Assembly: GCF_020745735.1 (NCBI RefSeq)
Contig: NC_083409.1
Location: 16,540,789 to 16,604,788, forward strand
Source of the DNA: Hemiscyllium ocellatum
Taxonomy: Eukaryota
Direction of reading: 5' to 3'
DNA: 64,000 nucleotides
Positions 1 to 11,049 of this stretch are shown here, one piece after another. Position numbers and translations under genes: made by a program. Within the stretch, counting starts at the first letter, position 1. The number at the start of each line of letters is the position of its first letter. The notes under the pieces are model-generated. The model was not told the origin of the DNA. It was given only the letters and a program-made list of their open reading frames with translations, and did not search any database.

Positions 1-513
1 TCCAAGGAATTAAACTAGTTAAAGTGGAGGAGGGCTCAGGAGAGGTTATTCAAGTTTCTAGAAGACAACCTAGGACAGAGAGTACAGAAAGGAACAAGAG
101 TCGAACTTCAAGCACAGTAGATAAGAGGACAATGATGAGAAGGAGGGCAGTCAATGCAGGACTGAGGGTGTTGTACTTAAATGCACACAGTATACACAAT
201 GAGCTTGTAGTGCAGATTGAAACTGGTAGGTACGATGTTGTGGGTATCACAGAGACATGGCTGTAAGGGGGTCTGGGCTGGGAACTAAATATCCAAGGAT
301 CCATGTCCTATCAAAAGGACAGGCAGATGGGCAGAGGGGCAAGAGTTGCCTTGTTAGTGTGAAATAAAATTCAATCAATAGCAAGAAGTCAGAAGGTGTA
401 GAATCTGTGTGGGTAGAGCTGAGGAACCACAATAAAGAATCTGATGCAAGTTATGTCCAGGTCTCCAAGCAGTAATCAGGGTGTGGGGAAGGAAATCAAT
501 CAGGAGACAGAAA

Positions 514-807
514 ATTAGATTAGATTACTTACAGTGTGGAAGCAGGCTGTTCAGCCCAACAAGTCCACACCGACCCACTGAAGCGCAACCCACCCATACC
601 CCTACATTTACCCCTTACCTAACACTACGGGCAATTTAGCATGTCCAATTCACCTGACCTGCACATCTTTGGACTGAGGGAGGAAACCCACGCAGACATG
701 GGGAGAACGAGCAAACTCCACGCAGTCAGTCGCCTGAGATAGGAATTGAACCTGGGTCTCAGGCGCTGTGAGGCAGCAGTGCTAACCACTGTGCCACCAT
801 GCCGCCC
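514..807 (-). mobile_element. HE1-like V-SINE, arm-A specific
   Basis: tRNA-like head, V-domain and CR1-derived tail with (TAGAT)n; TSD CAGAAAA 508-514 / 807-813; empty site near 47000-47015. Confidence 0.85.
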
Positions 808-1840
808 AGAAAAGGGATAAACTAAATGTCAGGGTAGACCTCAATGGATAGGTGGACTGGGTAGTGCATCGAAAGAAAAGGATTTCACGGAATGTCTACG
901 AGATGGTTTTTGGAGCAGCTTGTGGTTGAGCCATGATGGAACAGGCAGGTGTGGATTCAGTGATGTGGAATGAGGCAAACATGATTAGTGAGTTTAAGGT
1001 GAAAGTATCACTCTGGATAAGTGACCATAATTCCCCCTGTAGTTTGAGAGAGAGAAGCTACAATCAGATGGAACTGTATTTCAGTTGAGTAAAGGTAACT
1101 GCAAAGACATGAGGAAGGAGCTGGCCAGAGTTGGTTGTAAGGGGAGCCGAGCAGGTAAGATGGTGGGGCAGCAAACAGCAGAGTTTCTGGGGGTAATTCA
1201 GGAAGTAGAGTAGGAATTCATCCCAAAAAAGAAAAAAACATTCTCAGGGGAGGACAAGGCAACCATGGCTGATGAGGGAGGTCAAGGACAGCATAAAAGC
1301 AAAAGAAAAAGCATCCAATGTGGTGGAGAATAGTGGGAAGCCAGAGGATTAGGAAGTCTTTAAAGAGCTATAGAGGATAACTAAAAAAGCATTAAGGGTG
1401 GAGAAGATGAAATCTGGGAGTTATCTAGCCAGTAATATAAAAGAAGATTGCAAGAGTTTTAGCAAATATATAAAAAGGAAGAGGGAGGCAAAACTAGACA
1501 TTGGATCACTGGAAAATGAGTTTGGAGAAAGAATAGTAGGAAATGAAGGAATAGCCGAGGAATTGAATCGATACTTTGCATCAGTCTGCACCATGGAAAA
1601 CACCAGCAGTGTACCAGTACTTCCAGACTGTCAGGGGGCAGTTCAGGCGTGTAGTGGCCATCAGTAAGGAGGAGGTACTGGGGAAGCTGGAAGGTCTGAA
1701 TTTGGATAACTCCCCCAGACTGGATGAACTACACCAGTGTGTTCTGAAGGAGATCACTGAAGAGATTGTGGAGGCATTGGTGATGATCTTTCAGGAATCA
1801 ATGGAGTCAGGGTGTGGAGGTGGAGATTTGATGGGGGATA

Positions 1841-2046
1841 TATACCCCTTGCCTAAGGCTAAGGCCAATTCACCTGACCCGCACATCTTTGGACTGTGGG
1901 AGGAAACCGGAGCACCTGGAGGAAACCCACACAGACACGGGGAGAACATGCAAACTCCACACAGTCAGTCGCCTGAGGCAGGAATTGAACCCAGGTCCCT
2001 GGCGCTGTGAGGCAGCAGTGCTAACCAATGTGCCACAGTGTCACCC
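1841..2046 (-). mobile_element. HE1-like V-SINE, 3'-truncated
   Basis: V-domain and head sequence. Confidence 0.8.
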
Positions 2047-2445
2047 GGTGGACTTGGAAGTGCAATGGTAAAATAGGGCTGAGTCAACACGGTTTCATCA
2101 AGGGGAGGTCATGCCTGGCAAATGTGTTAGAATTCTTTGAGGAGGCAATGAGCCAGTCAGGCAAAGGAGAGTCCGAGGAAGTAATGTATTTTGATTTCCA
2201 GAAGGTATTTGACATAAGATAAGCGCCCACGGTGTTAGGGGCAATGTACTGGCATGGACTGAGAACGGACAGGTTGGCATAAAGCAGAGAGTGAGGAAAG
2301 ATGGCAGCTGGTGACTGGTAGAGTTCTGCAGGTGTCAATGTTGGGACAATAACTATTCACGTTATACATTAACAATCTGGATGAAGGAAGTGAAGACATT
2401 GTTGCTAAGTTTGCAGACAACATGAGATAGGTGGAGGGACAGGAG

Positions 2446-2767
2446 GGGCGGCACGGTGGCACAGTGGTTAGCAGTGCTGCCTCACAGCGCCAGAGACCTG
2501 GGTTCAATTCCCAACTCAGGCGACTGACTGTGAGGAGTTTGCACGTTCTCCCCGTGTCTGCGTGGGTTTCCTCCGGGTGCTCCGGTTTCCTCCCACAGTC
2601 CAAAGATGTGCGGGTCAGGTGAATTGGCCACGTAAATTGCCCGTAGTGTTAGGTAAGGGGTAAATGTAGGGGTATGGGTGGGTTTCGCTTCGGCGGGTCG
2701 GTGTGGACTTGTTGGGCCGAAGGGCCTGTTTCCACACTGTAAGTAATCTAAAGTAATCTCTAATCTA
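2446..2767 (+). mobile_element. HE1-like V-SINE, full length, arm-A specific
   Basis: A box TGGCACAGTGG, B box GGTTCAATTCC, (AATCT)n tail; empty site near 45545-45555. Confidence 0.88.
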
Positions 2768-3719
2768 AAGGTAGTGTTGAGGAAGTGGGAAGGCTGTAAA
2801 AGGTCCTAATAGGCTCTGAGAGTTGGCAAAGAAGTGGCAGATAGAACACAAGAAGAAATACAAAGACTGTTTGCTAAATGAGGAAAGCCTTTGGAAATCT
2901 AAAGCACAAACCTCATTCAGGTTTCCCTTCAGGTTAACAGGCAGGTCCAGTTTGTGCTTGAGAAGGCAAATGAAATGATAGCATTCATTTCAATAGGGCC
3001 AGAATACAAGAGCAGAGATGTACTGCTGAGGCTGTGTAAGGCTCTGGTCAAACTGTATTTGGAATATTGTGGGCATTTTTGGGACCCATATTTTAATAGA
3101 ACAATGTGCTGGCATTGGAGGGGTTTACAAGAATGATCCTGGCAATGAAGGGCTTGTCATATCAGGCGTGCTTGAGGACTCTGGGTCTGTACTCAATGGA
3201 CTTTAGAAGGATGAAGAGGGATCTTATTGAAATTTACAGAATACTGACAGGCCTGGATAGAGTTGATGCAGAGAAGATGTTTCCAAAAACAGGAGAGACT
3301 CGGTAACCAAGGCACAGCCTCAGAATGAAGGGCCGACTCTTTAGAGTTGAGATAAGGGTGAATCTCTTCAGCCAGAGGGTGGTGAATCTGTTGAACTTAT
3401 TGCTACAGAGGGCAGTGGAGGCCAAGTCACTGAGTGTATTTAAGACAGGGATAGATAGGTTTGTGATTGTTAAGGGGATGGAAAATTCCTGTGGAGTAGG
3501 CAGGAGAATGGGGTTGAGAAGCATATCTGCCAAGATCAAATTGCAGAGCAGATTCAATGGGCTGAATGGCTGATTTCTGCTCCTATTTCTTAAAGTCTTC
3601 TGGAGAGTTTCCCAAAACCCTGGAACACTGAACCTACTGGACTGTGAGCCCTGCTGTAGCTGTTTATCAACAGATAACCAAAGAGTGGAGAGAGTGTGCA
3701 TTTAGGTGGGAACTTCAGA

Positions 3720-4560
3720 ATGCTTCCCAGCTCCTGGAATACCATGAGAGCAGGAAGTGTGGTCAGTGACAGCAGTTGGAGCTCCAGGTTCTGGAGCTTG
3801 AGCAGCAGCTGGTGTCAGTGGAGAGCATCTGTGAGGCTGAGAGCTCCGTGGAGAGCACGTTTCTAGATGTGGTCACTCTGCAGCTTCAGAGTATGCAGGG
3901 AGAGAGGGAATGGGGGAGCAGCAGACAGTCCAAAAGGACCAGGCAGCTAGTACAGGAATCCCTGAGTGCCTCCCACTCTCCAACTAGGATTCAGTTCAGA
4001 ATCCTGATGAGAATGATGGTTCATCTGGGGAGTGCAGCCAGAGCCAAGTCCCTGGCACCACGGGGGGGGGGGCTCAGCTATACAGGAGGGCAGAAGGAAA
4101 ACTGGAAGAGCGATAGTGAGAGGATATTTGAGAGTGAGGGCATCGATAGGTGTTTCTGCAGCTGCAGATGGGAATCCAGGATGGTGTGTTGTCTCTCTGA
4201 TGCCAAGGTCAAGGATGTCACTGAGCGGCTGCAGAACACCCTGAGGGGAGAAGGGAAACAGCCAGCAGTCATAGTCCACATTGGTCCCAGTGATGGATGG
4301 AGAAAAAGGAACGTGGTCCTGCAGTCAGAAGGTTGGGAGCTCTGGAGGGAATTAGCAGCAGGAACTGAAAAGGAGGAATCTCCGGATGACTTCCAGTGCT
4401 ACATGCAGGTGAGAATAGAATCAGGAGGTGAGCACAGGTGACTGTGGGGCTGGAAAGAGGATCCATGAGGGAGGTCTTTGGATTTTTGTGAGGTGGTTTA
4501 CTCATGCAGTTAGAGAGGGTTTAAAACTAACTTGGCAGGGCTGTGCGAACCAGGAGAGAA
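3720..4560 (+). mobile_element. CR1 ORF1 fragment (coiled coil plus SGNH esterase-like); mirror at 43660-44560 (-)
   Basis: ELEQQL.., GDS-type motif (ARGDSRVRAIDR in the B copy), AVIVHIG. Confidence 0.8.
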
Positions 4561-4803
4561 TGTCAAAGAGGAACACAAAGGAACACAGAATCCTCAGTTC
4601 AGTCAATAAGTCACCTCCCAGTGGGAAGGATGTGGAAGAATACAAATGCATGAATTTACAGAGACCTGCAAATATGGTAGAGTTGTTATAAATGGGCGGG
4701 GCGGTCTTTAGCTTCTGAATATAGACTGGGATAGTAGCAGTGTAATGGGCAGGAAGGGCCCAGAGTTGTGAGAGTGTGTTCAGGTGAATTTTCAGGTGGC
4801 ATC

Positions 4804-5145
4804 GGTGGCTCAGTGGTGGCTCAGGTGGGGCAGCACGGTGGCTCAGTGGGTAGCACTGCAGCCTCTCAGAGCTAGGGTCACAGGTTCGATTCCAGCCTTG
4901 GGTAACTGTCTGTGTGGAGTTTGCACATTCTCCCTGTGTCTGCGTGGGTTTCCTCCGGGTGTTCTGGTTTACTCCCATGGTCCAAAGATGTTCAGGTCAG
5001 GTGAATTGGCCATGCTAAATTGCCCACAGTGTTAGATGCATTACTGAGAGGGAAATGGGTCTGGGTGGGTTACTCTTCGGAGGATCGGTGAGGACTTTTT
5101 GGGCAGAAGGGCCTGTTTCGACCCCGTAGAGGCTCTAATCTAATC
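4804..5145 (+). mobile_element. HE1-like V-SINE with duplicated head fragments, arm-A specific
   Basis: GGTGGCTCAGTGG repeated at the 5' end; empty site near 43395-43410. Confidence 0.8.
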
Positions 5146-7565
5146 ATTGGCAGTGAAGAAGGCTGTCTAAGAATACAATGGAATCTTGATCAACTGGGCC
5201 AGTGGGCTGAGGAATGGCAGATGGAGTTTAATTCAGATACATGTGAGTGCTATATTTTGGTAAGACACAAGACATGGGTGAGATCCCAAACAAATATTTC
5301 AGGTCAGTATATATTGTGGAGAAAGCTAGGGAATTTGGAAAAATAGTGATGTCTTGAAAAGAGACCACACACAAATGAGGAGACGCTCAAGATCTGAAAA
5401 CACATAAAAGTAGTAGATAAACCCTAGGACCTGATCAGGTGTATCCCAGAACATTGTGGCAAACTAGGGAAGAGATTGCTGGGCCCCTTACTGAGATATG
5501 TGTATCACTGACAACTATGGGTAAGGTGCTGGAGAACCAGAGAGGTTGACTAATGTTATGCCATTATTTAAGAAAGAAAGACTGTAAGGAAAAGCCAGGG
5601 AATTATAGACCAGTGAGCCTGATGTCAGTGTTGGGTAAGATGTTGGAGTGGATTCTGTGGGATAGGATTTACATTCTTTGGATAATCAATGTGGTTTTAT
5701 GCATAGGAAATCATGTCTCCTGAATTTGATTGAGGAGGTGACAAAGAAGATTTATGGAGATAGAACAATAGACATTGTCAATATGGACTTCAGTAAAGTT
5801 TTTGACAAGGTTCCACATGATAGACTGGTTAGTAAGGTTAGACCACATGGGATCCAGGGGGAGTGAGCCATTGGGATAAAAAAATTGGATTGAAGATAGG
5901 AGACAGGAGTGGTGGTAAAAGGTTGCTTTTCAGACTGGAGATCTGTGAATAGCTGTGTGCCACTAACATTGGTGCTGGATTCACTATTTTATAGAAATGA
6001 TTTGGATGTGAATATAGGAGTTACAGTAAGTTTGTAGATGATATCTAAATTGGTACGATAGTGGATAGCGAAGAAATTCATCTCAGAGTACAGCGGGACC
6101 TTCATCAGATGGGGCAATGGGCAGAGGTGTAGCATATGGAGTTCAGTTTAGATAACTGTGAGATGTTGCATTTTGGAAAGGCAACCCAGGGCAGGAGTTA
6201 GACAGTTAATGGGAGGGCCCTGTGGAGTGTTGCTGAACAAAGAGACCTCGGATTGAAGATGCAAGTGCATTATTACTTGAAAGTGGGGTCACAAGTAGAC
6301 AGGGTGATGAAGAAGGTGTTGGGTACACTTGCTTTTATTGGTCACTATTTTGAGTATAGGAGTTGGGACATCATGTTGCAGCTGTACAGGAGATTAGTGA
6401 GGCCACTTTGGCAATAATGTGAACAATCCTGATCACCTTGAAAATAGGAAGGATGCTGTTAAACTTATAAAGCTGCAGAAAAGATTTACAAGGACATGGC
6501 CAGGAATTGGAGGGTTTGAGCTATAGGGAAAGGCTGAAGAAACTGGGTCTATTTTTCCTACAGCATCTAAGGCTTCGGGGTGACCTTATAGATGTTTATA
6601 CAATCATGAGGGGCATGGACAGGGTGTATATCCAAGGCCTTTTCTTTGGGAAAGGGAGTCCAAAACAAGATGGCATAGGTTTAAGGTGAGAGGCAAAATA
6701 TTCAAAAGGGACCTGAGGGGTAACTTGTCACACAGAGGGTGGTATGTGTCTGGATCGAGCTGCCAGAGTAAGTATTGGAGGCAGATACTATTACAGCATT
6801 TAAAACGCATTGGGATGGGTACATGAATCGGAAGGGTTTTGAGGAATGTAAGCAAAATGCTGGCAAATGGGATGAGGTGATTTAGGATATCTGGTTATCA
6901 TGGACAAGTTGAACTGAAAGGTCTGTTTCCACGCTGTATGACTCCATGACGATGAGAAGCTGGAAAAGCTGAAACTTTTTATTCTGACACGTAAGAGTCT
7001 GAGGAGTGACCTTGTAAAGGTTTATAAAATCATGAGGGTCATAGAAAATGTGAATAATTCAGGAAGGAGCTGAAGTTTTGTAGAAATGGCAAAAAATATT
7101 CCTGAAGATCCTTCCAGGGATGAGGAACATCAGTTATACAGATTGATTGGAGAATTTGGGACTGTCTTCTTTGGCGAAGGCTGAGAGGAGATTTGTTTGA
7201 GGAATTAAAACCAGGAGGGGCCTGGACAGGGTAAATAGGGAGAAAATGTTCCCAATTGAGAAAGGATTGAGACCGAGAGAACACAGATTTAAAGTAATAA
7301 GTAAAAGTAACAAAAGTGAGAGGGGGAACAACATTTTCAGCCAGTGGGTGGTTAAGGTGTGGAATGCACTGCCTAAGAGTGTGGTGGAGGCAGCTTCAAT
7401 TAAAACATTCCGAAGGGAATGAGACTGTTATTTGAAAAGGAACAATGTGCAGGGTGACAGGGAGAAGGCAGGAGAATGACACTCAGTGAATTGCTCAGTC
7501 GGAGAACCATGACAGACAGGATGGACGGAATGGCCTCCTTGTGCACTGTAACTATTCTGTGATTG
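5145..7565 (+). mobile_element. Stacked CR1 RT and 3' fragments; mirror at 41900-43400 (-)
   Basis: DFSKVFDKVPHDRL, GQWAEEWQMEF, LRGDLI..Y.IMRG motifs and CR1 3' tails. Confidence 0.85.
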
Positions 7566-7566
7566 T

Positions 7567-7617
7567 GTGATTGAGCAGAGTTAAAGCTGGGGGAGGTGGG
7601 AGCTCGGTGTCTCACTG

Positions 7618-7649
<32 letters not shown>

Positions 7650-7839
7650 AGGTCAGTGAGATCAGAGACTGGGACAGGGAGCCAGAGCTCACATCAAACT
7701 CTGCCCCGTGTCCGTCACACTGAGACTGGCAGGAGGCTACTCACTGATTTCACTCCATGCTGCAGGAATGGGACCACAGGCTGCAAATGGACAGAGCTCC
7801 TCCACACGGTGAGTAAAACTGACTGACTTATATCTTGCT
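7567..7839 (-). promoter_or_regulatory. Conserved post-J intronic block, copy A (candidate intronic enhancer; lone heptamer plus (CAG)10)
   Basis: About 97% identical to 41632-41896, while the adjacent 130 bp is only about 70% identical. Runx site ACCACA 7773-7778; heptamer CACTGTG 7613-7619. Confidence 0.6.
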
Positions 7840-8022
7840 TCTTAAAGGGGGCAATGGAACTGAAGTGGTACGGTTGGACAACTGTTAGACACAGTGCTCC
7901 TTAATCAACCATTTCGTTCACTGCAGCTCCCCACTAACACCTTCAACAAATCAGTAACTGTATTTTAGAAAGTGTGTTTCAGTATTGAAAGGGTTAATAA
8001 CAGAGGATTGAGGTTTACTTAC

Positions 8023-8057
8023 TCAGTCTGAGCTTGGTTCCTTTACCGAACGTGTCC
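8023..8057 (-). CDS. IGKJ: Ig kappa-type J segment, cluster A ([12 protein letters not shown])
   Basis: FGxG motif; 35 nt; intact phase-1 donor A|GTAAGT at 8022-8017. Confidence 0.96.
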
Positions 8058-8096
8058 CACAGTGAGAGTTCCCAGTGCAGAGGCTGTACAAAAACC
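8058..8096 (+). other. J recombination signal sequence, 23-bp spacer, perfect consensus
   Basis: CACAGTG (8058-8064), 23 nt, ACAAAAACC (8088-8096), abutting the J coding end at 8057. Confidence 0.97.
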
Positions 8097-8528
8097 TCTG
8101 CTCTCTGCTTCCCCCCCATCACTCTCAACCTCTCCCTGTCTCCCAGTCTCTCGTTCACTCTCAACTTCTTTCTGCCCCTCTCTGTCTCTCCCTCATTCAT
8201 GTGTCTTTCTGTCTCCATCTCTCTCTGTGTCCAGCTGGGCTTGGGAGCTTTGTGAAATTTATTTTTCGATATTAAATCTTGCAGCTGTTCTTCACGCGTG
8301 GTCATGGAGTGTCAGAGGGAAACTTGAGGCCTTCAGTGAGCGGTGGACACCACAGGGACTGGAGTGTGTCATGGACAGTTACAATCCCAGCATGGGGTAA
8401 TTTGTTCAGTTTCATTTGTATCTAATTGTGGATGTGTCAGTTCAGGCTGTGGGACTGTGTGTCCATTATTATACATTTTATATAACTGATTGATGTGTCA
8501 GTGCATGAGGTGGTGCTGTGTGTCTTGA

Positions 8529-8556
8529 GGTTTTGGTATGGCTCTGTATCACTGTG
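8529..8556 (-). other. V recombination signal sequence, 12-bp spacer
   Basis: Minus strand CACAGTG (8556-8550), 12 nt, ACCAAAACC (8537-8529; one mismatch to ACAAAAACC). A V-12/J-23 arrangement is the kappa configuration. Confidence 0.96.
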
Positions 8557-8861
8557 TTGAGCGGAGCTGCTATACCAGCTGTTCTGACAGTAATAGTCAG
8601 CGACATCCTCACTCTGAACGTTGCTGATTGTCAGGGTGTAACTGGTCCCTGATCCACTGCCGGTGAATCGCTCGGAGACTCCTGTGAATCGAGATGTTGC
8701 AGCATAGATCAGGAGAGAGGGTTTCTGACCTTCTCGCTGCTGGTACCAACTGAGGTAGCTGCTAATGTCTTGACTGGCCGTACAGGTGATGGTTGCAGTC
8801 TGGCCCAGTTCCACTGACAGCACCGGGGGAGACTGGGTCATGATAATCTCCCCATTGATAC
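8557..8861 (-). CDS. IGKV: Ig kappa-type V exon, cluster A, open and unrearranged
   Basis: Acceptor CCCCTCAG|GT. Translation [102 protein letters not shown] has the conserved Cys, WYQQ, GSGSG and DYYC motifs and no stops; it ends at a 12-RSS. Confidence 0.97.
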
Positions 8862-9047
8862 CTGAGGGGTCAGAGAGAAACACAGTGAAGTCAGAACTGT
8901 CACAGAAAGAGCCGGTCAAATGAGAGATTGTTGGAGACACTGAGCTTTCCTCTGGTTTCAGCATTTTCCCTTCAATCACAAGTCAGTGGAATTGGAGTGA
9001 AATGGAGAGCAGCGAAAGATTCAAGGTGGAAGGAGAGAGATTTGTAC

Positions 9048-9096
9048 CTGCGACACAGAATGCCAGGGGCCAGATCAGCTGGATGTGTGTAATCAT
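9048..9096 (-). CDS. IGKV: Ig kappa-type light chain cluster A, leader exon (MITHIQLIWPLAFCVA-G)
   Basis: ATG at 9096-9094; 49-nt exon encoding a hydrophobic signal peptide; phase-1 donor G|GTACAA at 9047; 186-bp intron to the V exon. Confidence 0.95.
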
Positions 9097-9253
9097 GGTG
9101 TGTGCTCCTGTCCCTGTGCCTGGTTCCTGATAAACTCTCCCTTCACTGGGCTCTGCTTTATAAAGCTGCAGCCTGTGAGAGTCTGACTGGGTGTTCCTCA
9201 GTATGTAAATGGCATCAGGCAGAGAGAGCCACGTCAGCCCCTCACACTTCCTC
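9097..9253 (-). promoter_or_regulatory. V promoter, cluster A
   Basis: On the sense strand: PU-box GAGGAAGTG (9253-9245), TGACGTGG (9236-9229), octamer variant ATTTACAT (9210-9203) and TTTATAAA (9164-9157), upstream of the leader ATG. Confidence 0.85.
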
Positions 9254-9254
9254 T

Positions 9255-9482
9255 TCTCTCTCTCCCTCTCTCTCTCTCATCCTTTCTTTTCTTTCTCCCT
9301 TTTCCCTTTTTTCTCTTTCTCACCCTTCTCTTGTATACGTTCTTGTTATTCGTTGACTTTCTCTCTCTTTTTCTATTTCCGTCTCCAACTCTGTCCTCTC
9401 CCAATTATATAACTACTTATATCTTTCCTTTTTTCCATGTATGTTTGACATTCTGTTTATCTCCCTCCCTTCTGTTTTGGTT

Positions 9483-9527
<45 letters not shown>

Positions 9528-9790
9528 GATCATTCATTCTTCTCCTTCACTTATATTACTACCTAATTCCTCACTCATTCTCTCCTTATACCCTCAATCT
9601 CTAATTGCCTCACTCTCTCTTTGTCTGTTTCCCTCCCTCCAGTCACTCTCTAGCAGGCATTATTCCAGGACATTGGAACAGTGAGTCCTGGGGCAGCAAT
9701 TAAATGCCTCGCCCTCTCTCACTCAATCTCACAATGTACACTTGCTCTCTGTCTCTGTCTGTGTGTGTCTTCTGTGTCTCTCTCAATCAA
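9255..9790 (+). repeat. CT-rich low-complexity tract with (TC)19 at 9485-9522; related tracts at 10270-10580 and GA-rich 39230-39780, 40721-40752
   Basis: Direct reading of polypyrimidine/polypurine composition. Confidence 0.9.
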
Positions 9791-9927
9791 AAGTTCAATG
9801 ACATGAACAGCATTTAACAAGTCTCTACTGATCATCAATGATCTAGCAACATCAATCCCAGCTTGGCATTGAGGGAGAGGATCAGCCATGGTCATATTGA
9901 ATGGCAGAACAGACTCACAGGGCCAAT

Positions 9928-9969
9928 CCCTAACCCTAACCCTAACCCTAACCCTAAACCTAACCCTAC
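9928..9969 (+). repeat. Short interstitial telomeric sequence, (CCCTAA)5 plus two degenerate units
   Basis: Five perfect CCCTAA units at 9928-9957, inside a CR1 3' tail; absent from the arm-B counterpart near 40070-40090. Confidence 0.9.
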
Positions 9970-10537
9970 TCCTGCTCTCTATTTCTATCTTTGTATGTCT
10001 GTGTAATCTCCAATCTCTGTCCCTGGATATTGATCCCTCTATTCATGGAAAAAGTTGCCTTCCTGTCCACTCTATCCCTGCCTCTCATAATCTTTTTGCC
10101 CTTCAGCAGGTTCCCTCTCAACCTTCACTGCTCCAAGAGAAACAATCCCAAACTTTCCAATCCTTCCTCATAGCTCACACCCTCCAGGCCAGGCAGCATC
10201 CTGGGAAATCTTTGCACCATCTCGAGTACAGTCATATCTTTCTCATAATATGGTGACCAGAACATCTCTGCACGTCTGTCTCTCTCTTTCACTGGATTGC
10301 CTCTACTCTTTGTCTCACACCTACTCTGTCTGTCTGTCTCTCTCTCTGTCCCCTCTCTCTCAGTCACACTGTCTCATACTCTATCTCGCTCTATCTCTAT
10401 TCTTCAACTCCACCATCTCTACCTCTCTCTACCTCTCTCTCTCCCCCCGCTTTTACTCATCTTACACTGCCTGAGATTCTTTATCCTGCTCTCTCTCACT
10501 TTCACACCCTGCCCTTCTATGTCTCTCTCGTCAACAT

Positions 10538-10573
<36 letters not shown>

Positions 10574-11049
10574 GCACACTCTCTGCCTTTCCAACAAGGT
10601 CCCAAGTGGTAAAAGTTAAATACAGGTTATATCTCCTCCAAATCTAATGGATGTTAACCCTTGACACCAGGAGTATGTCTACTCCTGGAATAAAGGCCCA
10701 TTTCCCACATTGACCAGGGTTTGGCCTCTCTCAGGAAGACGGTCAGATTCTTGTCAAATGAAGGGCAATTCTGTGCTGTTGGCCCATTCTTCCTGGGGAC
10801 TGGTTTGGACACAAATCTCATTCCATGAAAGCCCAGCAGAGGGAGGAGATCCTCAGGCCATCAGTATGACCTGGAGGGATAGGACAGGATCTGACCCATT
10901 GACCCATCCTATCCATTCACAACATGTTCCAATCCTTTCCCCTCACCTTTCCCTTCCATGGTCAAGCTCCAGTTTTATTGGTATGAGGATTGGACCATCA
11001 CACAGTTACTACAGAAAGGAAATGAGCCCCACACTCACTACAGTATCCA

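Larger units (their letters stand above)
1..3595 (+). mobile_element. Internally deleted CR1/HER1-like LINE (APE to RT to 3' tail), interrupted by SINEs; mirror at 44690-47527 (-)
   Basis: LYLNAHSI..YDVVGITETWL (APE), QHGFIKGRSCLANVLEFFEE and FADN (RT), YKALVKLYLEYC..; many stops. Confidence 0.88.

Noticed and set aside
2460-2466. CACAGTG in V-SINE heads (also 55186-55192) and at 34900 and 35191 as cryptic RSSs
   Set aside because: In the SINEs it is part of the pol III A box, and none of the sites checked has a nonamer at the right spacing.
8881-8887. Heptamer in the leader intron just 5' of V (also 41116-41122)
   Set aside because: No nonamer at 12 or 23 bp; it sits in the branch/pyrimidine region of a generally conserved intron.
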